Of a stretch of 64,000 nucleotides of DNA, positions 29,552 to 38,393 are shown piece after piece; position 1 is the first letter of the stretch; every line of letters starts with the position of its first letter. Below the pieces are notes generated by a model. The model was not told the DNA's origin, made no database searches, and saw only the letters and a program-made list of their open reading frames with translations. Location of the stretch: assembly GCA_009859145.1 (NCBI GenBank), contig VRVR01000044.1, forward strand, positions 178,208-242,207. The letters are read 5' to 3'. The position numbers were made by a program, and so were the translations under genes. This DNA is from Andalucia godoyi And28. Its lineage: Eukaryota; Protista; Jakobida.

Positions 29552-31054
29552 ATGAAATCGGTTCCTCTTGCGCTGAACATCATCACGTTCCTTGTACTGT
29601 GCGGGCGCTGGCTTCTGATCTTTTGGAAGGTGCTTGTTCGATCGCGGCGTCTTCCGCGGTCTAATTCCTTCAACCATGCAGTGCGCTTGTATGCGTGTTT
29701 TACGGCGGGTTCCGTTCGATTGCGTGGAGACACGCTGGAGATGTTTGAAGTAGTTGACTACTATGCGCGGTTGTGTGGTGCATGTGTTACGATTGTACGA
29801 TTCTTCTTCATCCTGCTGCAAACGTCCGATCCGCTGACGCTGGTGGAGTTTCTTGCATACTTCTTTATGTTTACGTCGTGGTGCGCTGCGATCGTGATGC
29901 CTCAGCAGAGTGCAGTTATTGTTGCCGGCTCTGATCTTCAAGACGATCGGAGACAGGACATCCAAAACGACATGTCCGTCGTCGTTCGGTTGGCAGGCTC
30001 CATCTGGCTGCTTGTCTTACTGCCCTTTTTCATGCTTATTGTGCAGTGTGTCACAGGAAGTGCTTGGGCCGAGATAGAGGATCCCTCATGGCTGGACAAG
30101 TTTATCGGTATTGCAGGAGACCAGTTTCTCTCCATGTTTGATATCAACATGGCCATTCTTACCATGATGGCTGGTCCTCTGTATCTGACCGAACAGAGCG
30201 TGTACTGCGATGCTCCAAGACTCTTTCGGAATGCCCGCGATGCAATGTCCAAAGAAGTGGGCACCGCAGTGCAGCGGTACGAGACTGCATGCTCCGTTTT
30301 CTCACACTTCGCACATACAGTGGGTTACACATGGCAGAGACGGCGGCGCATTTTGGAAGGATCACAGACGGGACCTGCGCTGGAGGAGCAGGATGCTCAG
30401 AATTTCGAGGATGCATGCTCGGGTACTGCGCGATTCGTCATGATTGGGATGGTGCTCAGCATCTCTATTCTCTCGCTCTTGGCCGCAATTTCATTGCAGT
30501 TTGCATTCTCCACCCGAAATAACCCATCATACGTTCGGTTCTGCACCATCTGGATACCGACCATTGTCTCTTCCTTGTTCGAGTTCATCGGACTTTCTCT
30601 GTCGTTTGCATGCTTCCATCTCCACGCCAGAGACTTGCAACGATGGACAACTTCGCGGTGCAACAATGAAGTGTCGTCGATCATTTGTGAGAACATGCGT
30701 CAAACTGCAATTGTGGACGACGCTTCTCCAAATAGCAGCAGCACACAGGATCACGTCTTGAGCCCGCATTCCAGGATGCTGCTCGAGCAAACGCACCAGT
30801 ATCTCAAGCTGCTTTTCGATGAACCGTTCCGCGTGTTCGGTCTTCGTGTCACGTACAAAACGGTCATTCCGAACGTTGTCACCTGGATCGCATTGGCCGT
30901 CACGACCTTGGGCGTCATCGATTTCCAAATCAGCTCCACGGTGGCGATTTCAGTAGTCATTTGGCTGATGGTGGGGCTGCTGTGCTGCGCCAACGCATTC
31001 TTTGCCTATCAAAATGTTCCACTTCGATATCTCCCTGCGTTTCGCAAACTGTAG
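29552..31054 (+). CDS. Multi-pass membrane protein (about 7 TM), possibly gustatory-receptor-like 7TM ion channel
   Basis: About 500 aa with multiple TM helices. C-terminal QYLKLLFDEPFRVFGLRVTYKTV...TTLGVIDFQ resembles the GR/DUF3537 TM7 pattern. Confidence 0.7.
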   Translation: MKSVPLALNIITFLVLCGRWLLIFWKVLVRSRRLPRSNSFNHAVRLYACFTAGSVRLRGDTLEMFEVVDYYARLCGACVTIVRFFFILLQTSDPLTLVEFLAYFFMFTSWCAAIVMPQQSAVIVAGSDLQDDRRQDIQNDMSVVVRLAGSIWLLVLLPFFMLIVQCVTGSAWAEIEDPSWLDKFIGIAGDQFLSMFDINMAILTMMAGPLYLTEQSVYCDAPRLFRNARDAMSKEVGTAVQRYETACSVFSHFAHTVGYTWQRRRRILEGSQTGPALEEQDAQNFEDACSGTARFVMIGMVLSISILSLLAAISLQFAFSTRNNPSYVRFCTIWIPTIVSSLFEFIGLSLSFACFHLHARDLQRWTTSRCNNEVSSIICENMRQTAIVDDASPNSSSTQDHVLSPHSRMLLEQTHQYLKLLFDEPFRVFGLRVTYKTVIPNVVTWIALAVTTLGVIDFQISSTVAISVVIWLMVGLLCCANAFFAYQNVPLRYLPAFRKL

Positions 31055-31205
31055 CCGCAGTTCACAAAAGCCAGACTACGAGGTTGGGAAGGGGGGAAAA
31101 AAAAAGAACAAGGTCGCAGAAAAACGAGACGAAAAACACAGTCGTGGATTGGATCCAGTGACATCGAATGTACAATATTTACAAAATATCCTGTGGAGTT
31201 AGAGG

Positions 31206-33445
31206 TCAAAACTTGTAATGTTCTGCTGGCTTGGACACCTTGGCTGTTGGCGCAGAAGAAGAAAATGAAGAAGAGCCACCGCTGCTACTCGCACCGCGTT
31301 TCCTGCCGGCCCCGTGATTTCTCTCGGCATGCAACGTGCTCTGCACGTCTTCCTGCAGTTTTCGGAAGACTGCAGTGGATCGGCCGAATTTCGTCTCTGC
31401 CCCAGCAACCGGTGCGTTCTTTCCTGTCTTCTTCTTCCCGAAAAGCTTGTCGCCACGGCGGGAAAGCACCTTGTCCAGACTCGGAGCCTTATTGTTCCTT
31501 TCGATGCGCTCCTTTCTCTTTTGCGCTTTCTCTCGCTTTTCCTTCCGCGGATCGAATACTTCTTGCGGAGCGACCATGTTCAGACTGCCGACTGCATCGG
31601 GAACAAGCTGATCGGACTGGATCGCAGCCACCGATTGCGGCCGCTCCAGGGAGCCTGCAAGAGAGATGGGCTTTGGAACGTATGAAAATCCAGCCATGGC
31701 ATCCAATTTGTACGCCACCTTTTGAAACAATGTTGCGATTTCCAAGTGGAGAGGATTTGACGTTGGTTTTCCAGCAAGTGCTTTTGCAAACTGTAATTCG
31801 ATAAAGAGAAGGGAAAACAAAACAATAGCAATAATAATTAAGCAAATCAACAACCAAGAAACGAAATGTGACGGCGTTAGCGTTCAAGACCTGGTGACGG
31901 ACGAAACAGGAATTTCCCACAAAGGAAAAAAAAAAAGAAAAGAAAAGAAAGAAAAAAAGAAAAAAAGAAGGTTGTTTCAAGGGAACGCTGCTGCACTCTG
32001 TGTGCATGTGTGCATGTGTGCACGACTGCTCAGAAGTCCAGACATGATAAATATATCTACATGATGTATACTTCAGTGGATTGACAGATAATAAAAGAGT
32101 CATCATTGAAGTCAAACACACACATACACATACCCACGCCCACAAGAGACCGCATGCAACTTCCTCTCCAAACGAACGAACTCATACTCTGGGGGGAAAA
32201 CCCCCCTGAAGAAAGAAGAAGAAGAAGAAAATAAAACCAAAAAAGAAACCCGCTGAAATACTCTGAAAAACATACTTCTTCCTCATAAACTTCCCCAAGG
32301 CCTCGAGAGTCCTTTTGATCGTTGACCTTCTGTTGCTCCTTCTCGGTTTCAAAAGACGGAGCTTCGATGCGAACCGGATCGTCGAACAGCTGTGTCTTGA
32401 TGCGCATCTTGATTAGTTCTTCAATCGACGAGTTTTCTTCTTCGGTAACCAGTCTGGGCGCGGTGGAGACGCCGAGATCGAAATCGATATCCACCTCCAG
32501 CAAAGAATTCTTTGGCCGTTCTTTGGCACCAATCTCTCCTCGCAGAGTCCACGTCTTCTTTTGCAGATTTTCTTCTTCCAACTGCGAAATCTTGCCCAGC
32601 ATGGAAGCGAGTTGTCGTTGAAACCTCGTTTGATCTTCTTGCGACAGTTTCTTCATCTCTTTCTCGTCTTCGTCATCAAAAAGACTCTTCTTCTTTGCCT
32701 CTGCAAGAAGTGCCTTCACCTTCCTCTGCTCTTTTTCATCGCGGTCCGCATTCTTGCCAGACTGGGAACCCAGAGGGTCTTGCTCGTCCTCATCCTCATC
32801 CTGATCCTGATCCTGCTCGCCTTGGTCTTCTTGTTTCTGTCCAAAAAAGGTTTCGTATCCCACTTCGGACGGATCAAAATCCTCGTCCTCGTCCTCGTCC
32901 TCCCGATCTTCATCTTCTACGTGATCTTGTTCTTCCAAGAAACGCATCATGTCCGATTCCGAAAAGAACTCGGCATTGGCCTTTGCATGTGCAAGTTCCC
33001 TTTTGCCGGTCGACTTTTTCGAATTCTTGAACTCGCGATCCAAGAGATCATTTTCATCATCCTCGTCGTCATTTTCATCGTTATCGTCACCATCTTCATC
33101 TTCTCCAACGCTAACATCGTCCCCATCATCGTTATCGCCATTGTCATCATCATGATCTACGGCTTCGGCTTCGGCTTCAGACTCGGACTCGGATTCAGAA
33201 AAGTGAAATTCATCGATTTTTCGCTGTGCTTTTTGCAAAACTGGATTGTTCAGCATGGATATTTGTGCCCAGATTTGCTCGGCATCCATCTGATCCGTCA
33301 CCAAATGGTCGACTGCCTTTTTGGTCTTTGCATCTGCAGCGAGTTCTTCATATATCGATACTGCAAGTGTCGATGTCTGTGGCCTCAGCGCACAAGGAAC
33401 AAGAAAGTCTGCAACATGCGATGAAATCTGCTCCAGAGGTCTCAT
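31206..33445 (-). CDS. MPP10: U3 snoRNP protein MPP10, two exons (33445-32276 and 31790-31206)
   Basis: Exon 1: EQIWAQI, WTLRGEIGAKERPKNSLLEVDIDFD, IKTQLFDDP, RGLGEVYEEE. Exon 2: FAK...KLDAMAGFSYVPKP...VAPQEV. Joined in phase 0 by a GTATGT...TTACAG intron (32275-31791, 485 nt). Confidence 0.93.
32024..32113 (-). ncRNA. Intronic box C/D snoRNA with two SSU rRNA guides
   Basis: Box C ATGATGA (32106-32100), D' CTGA (32076-32073), C'-like ATGTAGA, D CTGA (32033-32030), terminal stem GACT/AGTC. The guides are antisense to GGATTGACAGAT and AAGTCCAGACAT, which are adjacent conserved SSU rRNA segments. Confidence 0.88.
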
Positions 33446-34057
33446 CGATGCTATCCGTAACAAATGTAGAAACAATAATAATTGCTTCTGTGCAGCAACA
33501 CAGGACCAAGGGAAAAGAAAGAAAGATCTTTTGAAGCCCCCCACGAATTGCATGGAGGGGAAAGAGAAAAAGGAAAAAAGGAAAGAAGGGAAAGGAAAGG
33601 AAAATCAGATGACAGAACACGGAAGGCAAATATTGAAAATGCGCTGAGGAAAAAGGAGCGAAAAAGCGAGAAACTGGTTGCTGTATCAAGCATCAACTGT
33701 ACCTAGCGGGCGTTTTGTTTTTTTCTTTTACAGGAGTGTTTTCTGTATTTTCTCTCCATTTTCCCATTTTCGGAGAATTCCCGCCGCTGATGAGCCATTG
33801 AGCATTTTCCCGACGTTTACCAAAAAAAAAAAGAGTTGCGACTTGCGAGTCAAAACCCAAAAGACAGCTTCTCACCAGTCGGTCAAAAGTGCTGGCTTTC
33901 GAAAGAATCCAAGTGCAGTGTTTCACGTTTCCCTCTAAGAGGTACACCGCACACGGAGGGGGTTCGTGGGTTGTGAGAGTTTTCTTTCTTCTTATTCTTG
34001 TCCATTCTGTCGTTCTTGTCTTTTCTTTTCTTTTTTCTTCTTTCCGGAGCGGCAAAC

Positions 34058-34417
34058 ATGGGATGGCTGACCAACGTTGCGGAATTTGAATATTCACTGT
34101 CGCTTTCGGAAGCGGATGCACTGTCAAAGTTCAGAAGCGCAATGGTTTCGCTGGAAAACGACCGTTGGAACTTGACGGATGAGACATCGAGTTCGATTCG
34201 AGGCACGTGCACGACAAAACTGTGCAGATTTGTAGACGATGTCACCGTGACGGTATCCAGCCTCGATTCCGGCTTTGGATGCAAAGTGCTCACTCGGTCT
34301 GCAAGTCGTGTTGGGAAGGGAGACATGTTTAAGAACAAAAAGAATCTCATACAGCTGGAGAAGGCCGCCAACATTGACTCGTCTGCTATCCTTGACAAGA
34401 AGATTCTGAAAGAGTAG
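34058..34417 (+). CDS. DUF1499 family protein
   Basis: RFVDDVTV...VLTRSASRVGKGDMFKN matches the DUF1499 F-x-DD...RSASRVG-x-x-D motif. Confidence 0.8.
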   Translation: MGWLTNVAEFEYSLSLSEADALSKFRSAMVSLENDRWNLTDETSSSIRGTCTTKLCRFVDDVTVTVSSLDSGFGCKVLTRSASRVGKGDMFKNKKNLIQLEKAANIDSSAILDKKILKE

Positions 34418-34895
34418 CAACAGCACAACCGGAGATTCAGCAATCAAAAACAAACGAACACAAAAATAAGTAAATGGAAAAAATAACACGAGGCTACTGC
34501 TTGCTGTGTTGTGGTTTTTGTTTTTGTTGATGGTATGCGATCCGGACAGCATGGGTTCTGTGCACACGACCACATTGATATGGGAGGCGGGGTTCAAACT
34601 GTACGTCGTCTTTGCTCAAATGCAGCACATTTTAATTAAAAATATGTATAAGTATCCTCGCGAGTCCTTGCGGTTGCTGCATCCTGGTGCGCAGCGGGTC
34701 GCTTGCGCACTTTGCATAGAGGTTCCTCCTTCCATCCCAAGTTCAAGCGTCGGAAGTGAACCAAAGTCGAAGTGGTCACGGCTGTCTCTTTTTTTTTGGG
34801 GGGGGGGGGGGAGAAAAGCCCACCACACGTGCGAACAGTCTACTGCAGGTCTAAAAAACATAAATGAAGAACTCCCGTTCGCACGGTCCGAAGAA

Positions 34896-35924
34896 ATGAC
34901 GAGCTTCGCAAATGATATGTGGTCCTCGGTCGCTCGATGGACACTCAGATCTTGGACGATGTTCCGCAACTCGCGAATTGGGTCGATATTGATCTATGAC
35001 GTGCGGTACGCATTCCAACTGCGGTTCCTTTTGGACCTGTTGTTGGTTGCTCTTGTGCTGCTGGTGGAGAATGGACTTGTTGTCATTGCCTCCGCGCAAG
35101 AGATTCCCGCCGCACAAAACAAGCCTCTTGTGGACCACTTTCGAAATTTCCTGAACAACCGACCGGACTGGTATGCGGTACTTGCGTGGACGAACAACAA
35201 CCCGGTGACAGTTTTCACGGCGCAGCATTTTCTCGAGATCGGCATCGTGGTTGCGGTGCTTCGAGCGGAAATGCGACTCGTGCAGCGGGTGTTGCGGACG
35301 CTGCAGATTGTACGGTTTTCGAGATGGTTTACGTTCACCATCACCATTCTTCCCAGCGGACTTGGCCCTGAGTGCCAGATCAACAAGGGTTACGCGGAAA
35401 TGGACCTCTCTTCGTGGACGTTCGGCGACTGGATGCGTGAGACGCTCCTGCATCCAAAATTTGGAGGAGGATGCCATGATCTGCTGTTCTCAGGCCACTG
35501 TGTGCTGTATACCTGTATTGGAGTGGCCATGTTTGTTCTTTGTTCAAGGATTCGCGGACGTCGTCCGTGGGTTCGGCGGCTCTGCTATCTCCTCACCTCT
35601 CTGTTTGCATACACTCTTATTCCGTTCGGAACGATCAAGGACGGGCTGCACTACACAGTCGACATCATAATTGCGTTTTATCTCACCGTACTGGTGTTCC
35701 TGTTCGTTCCGTATGTCCGACCGCGCGAATCGGCGACACTGCTGCTGCCGAATGCGCCTGCGAGCAATGCATCAGGAGTGTACCGCAGAATGGATGCAGA
35801 CGTTGAGCCAGGAACCCTTCTAGAGCACCATCTTCGCCCTTCTTCTTCTCCTCAGCCCGCCCCGCCAGCTTGCTGCTGCTCCTCATCGACTGACCATTCA
35901 CCCCCAGCAACTGCTGTTAAATAG
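34896..35924 (+). CDS. Sphingomyelin/inositol-phosphorylceramide synthase family (PAP2_C); start codon uncertain (in-frame ATG also at 34644)
   Basis: RFSRWFTFTITILP, GGGCHDLLFSGH and HYTVDI catalytic motifs. Confidence 0.85.
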   Translation: MTSFANDMWSSVARWTLRSWTMFRNSRIGSILIYDVRYAFQLRFLLDLLLVALVLLVENGLVVIASAQEIPAAQNKPLVDHFRNFLNNRPDWYAVLAWTNNNPVTVFTAQHFLEIGIVVAVLRAEMRLVQRVLRTLQIVRFSRWFTFTITILPSGLGPECQINKGYAEMDLSSWTFGDWMRETLLHPKFGGGCHDLLFSGHCVLYTCIGVAMFVLCSRIRGRRPWVRRLCYLLTSLFAYTLIPFGTIKDGLHYTVDIIIAFYLTVLVFLFVPYVRPRESATLLLPNAPASNASGVYRRMDADVEPGTLLEHHLRPSSSPQPAPPACCCSSSTDHSPPATAVK

Positions 35925-36122
35925 CGGAGTTTTCTCTTTGTCCTTTTCACTCGAACGTCAAGTGCTGGAATCGGAAAGGAGTCGGCAAAAAGTAATGAAA
36001 AGCAATCGGAGATTTTCCACCAAAAAAGGAAAAGCCAAAACGAAATTATCGATGAGCATCAAGCCGAAGCAAAAATCAAGGGGGGAAACCAGCGAGTGCT
36101 GTATACACACCCACGCCCACGG

Positions 36123-36160
<38 letters not shown>

Positions 36161-36302
36161 GAAACACAAAACGAAAAAAAGTAAAAAGAAAAAAAGAAAA
36201 CCGACAAGAAGGATTGGACGGTGGAGGTGTTATATTAGATATGCATTATTTTGAGAAAGGTTTGCGAAATCGAGTGTTGGATTGGCTGGCCGGAAAAAAA
36301 AC

Positions 36303-37778
36303 ATGTCTATGCACGACTTGCAAGACTCTGTGTTGTACCACGTATGTACGTTCTTGACGCAGCGGGATTTGTTTGTGGTGAAGGAGGTGTCGAGTCGGTT
36401 TCGGAAAGCATGCTTGTTGCCAGCACTCTGGGTGTCGCTGTCGTTTCCGCTCGAGTCCGCGGTGGAGGATGCGGACCATCCGCGATCTGTGTCGGCGATG
36501 ACTCCGCACATCCCGTTTGCGAGTGCTGTGTGGATGGTCAGGTTCGTCCGACCGCGGAAGGTATACTTGCACGGCGGGTTGTTCCCGCCGACGCTGCAAG
36601 AGTTGGATGAGCTGTTTAGCATCCTTGCGCCGCTGCGTATTGAGACATTTGAGATTTCTGGAAACACATTTGACGATGTAGGAGTTCAAAATGCGCTGTT
36701 TGATGGACTGGCGTCCGTCTGCGCAGAAACATTGACGGAGTTTCGTATGGAGGGAGTCGCGCGGGTGTACCAGGCTGCGGGGTTTGTGTCGTCCGTGTGC
36801 AGACTCCAGAACCTTCGCGTCCTTTCCATTCCTTACACTGGGGTCTTTCGAGAGGTGCACGTTGAGCAGATTCTTGGGCAGCTTCCACATCTCGTAACAT
36901 TCCGCCTGGCACCCTGCGGCTCCGGATCTCGACCGCTGCGAGTCATGGATCCGGTTTCCTCGATCGCCGCGCTGCTTCCGAGAATTGCGGTAGAGAACCT
37001 TTCCATTTGTTTCAGGTCTTTTGTGCTTCCCTACAAGGCGCAAGACGGCCTTGAGGCACTGTTTCGCAACGAGGCGATCACGCGCTTGAAAACCGTGTTC
37101 GTCGACAAGTGCCCACGGCGCTTTGCTGACGAGGTCATCGAGGTAACGCAGCATCAGCGATTGCTGGAGGGATTTGTGAAACGCCAAGCGTCTCTGGACA
37201 GCTTGTATCTCGCCTATCGGCCCGAGACCGGTTATTTTGACGGCCTTTCCTTGGAAAACGGAAGCGTCTCCAAGCTTTCCTTGCACACCGACGGCGACAA
37301 CGCGAATTTGCTGTTGATGTGTCCGCGGCTGGAGAAGCTGTCCCTCGTTTCTGCCCGAGGAACAGTGTCTCTCCAATCTTTGAATTCGCTGCGCGGACTG
37401 AAGCGGCTGTCACTTCGGTATTCGGGATTGACTATTGAAGACGTGGCTGTTTTGCTGGATCAGGAGCAACTCTCCAGCTTGGAACAGGCGTCGTTTATGG
37501 TGGAGAACGTCCGACAAACCATCATAAAGCCGATGCCAGAGGCAGAGTATCTTGCCGGTGTGCACATCCAACACCCGAACCTGCGTGTGCTCTCGCTGCG
37601 TGCGTTGAGGATCATCAATGTCGCACGACTGGTGATTTCGTGTCCGAAGGTCTCTTTGGGGCCGCTGCTTGCTTTCCCTCTTGCAGGACAACTGGTTGTG
37701 AACGGCACAGTCGTCCGTGAATCAGAGGAAATTCTCCAGACAGATTTACACCGTATCCATGCAACGTTTGCAGAATAA
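36303..37778 (+). CDS. F-box/LRR protein
   Basis: N-terminal F-box MHDLQDSVLYHVCTFLTQRDLFVVKEVSSRFRKAC..LW. LRR-like segments LQNLRVLSI, LEKLSL and LKRLSL. Confidence 0.85.
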   Translation: MSMHDLQDSVLYHVCTFLTQRDLFVVKEVSSRFRKACLLPALWVSLSFPLESAVEDADHPRSVSAMTPHIPFASAVWMVRFVRPRKVYLHGGLFPPTLQELDELFSILAPLRIETFEISGNTFDDVGVQNALFDGLASVCAETLTEFRMEGVARVYQAAGFVSSVCRLQNLRVLSIPYTGVFREVHVEQILGQLPHLVTFRLAPCGSGSRPLRVMDPVSSIAALLPRIAVENLSICFRSFVLPYKAQDGLEALFRNEAITRLKTVFVDKCPRRFADEVIEVTQHQRLLEGFVKRQASLDSLYLAYRPETGYFDGLSLENGSVSKLSLHTDGDNANLLLMCPRLEKLSLVSARGTVSLQSLNSLRGLKRLSLRYSGLTIEDVAVLLDQEQLSSLEQASFMVENVRQTIIKPMPEAEYLAGVHIQHPNLRVLSLRALRIINVARLVISCPKVSLGPLLAFPLAGQLVVNGTVVRESEEILQTDLHRIHATFAE

Positions 37779-37849
37779 ATCGAGCGGAAAAAAAAGAAAA
37801 AGAAAAGAAACAGGTACAGAGAAAAGAAGGAGGCAAAACATGGGTGCCG

Positions 37850-38297
37850 TTGCCATTTATTGCGATATGATGAAGCAATCTAAAGCGCACGCCAACAAAA
37901 ACACTGCCACGCTCCATGCGCATGCGCATGTGTTTGCTATCTTAGCACCTCCGTCATACCATGCCCGATTCGTTTCGCCCCATTTTGATCATGAAATCCC
38001 TATATAAACACGCCACCGCGTTTGCATTCTCGCACAGCGACGCTCATTTCATTATTTTTATTTTTATTGTCCATGCAGGGCACCATGTCCGTCACGTCCG
38101 CAACGCTGCGCAAGACCTGTGACATCTCCGCCGCCAGGAAAGATCCGCAGCATCTACATCTATCTTAGGAACGTCTCTCATGCCGAGGGGCGTGTTGCGG
38201 CCCACCCCCTTCCCAATCATGCTATGCATGTTGTTGGGCTGCAACATTGATTATGGGTGATCAGCGATGAAAATCCGTGGTTAGTGTACAATGTAGG
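37850..38297 (+). mobile_element. Non-autonomous Fanzor2-derived element (left end, ORF remnants, putative omegaRNA/right end)
   Basis: Left segment is shared with 29051-29230. It carries an RHVRNAAQDL remnant and the Fanzor 3' tail CATCTACATCTATCTTAGGAACGTCTCTCATGCC shared with about 313-346. Right end TTAGTGTACAATGTAGG is shared with the copy ending at 26354 (-). Confidence 0.85.
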
Positions 38298-38393
38298 CGT
38301 GAAAAGGCAAAAGAATTATGAAAACAAATATTTCCCCCCTCCTTTAGTTTAAAAATCCTCCAATGGATAAGAACACGGCTGTCTGAAGAACGG

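Noticed and set aside
31880-31920. CTGGTGA-CGGAC-GAAAC resembling a hammerhead ribozyme core in the MPP10 intron (plus strand)
   Set aside because: The core has CUGGUGA rather than CUGANGA, stem II cannot form, and no matching stem I/III with an NUH cleavage site was found.
32191-32206. GGGGGG-AAAA-CCCCCC perfect hairpin in the MPP10 intron
   Set aside because: A low-complexity 6-bp stem with no associated ncRNA boxes. It cannot be distinguished from chance.
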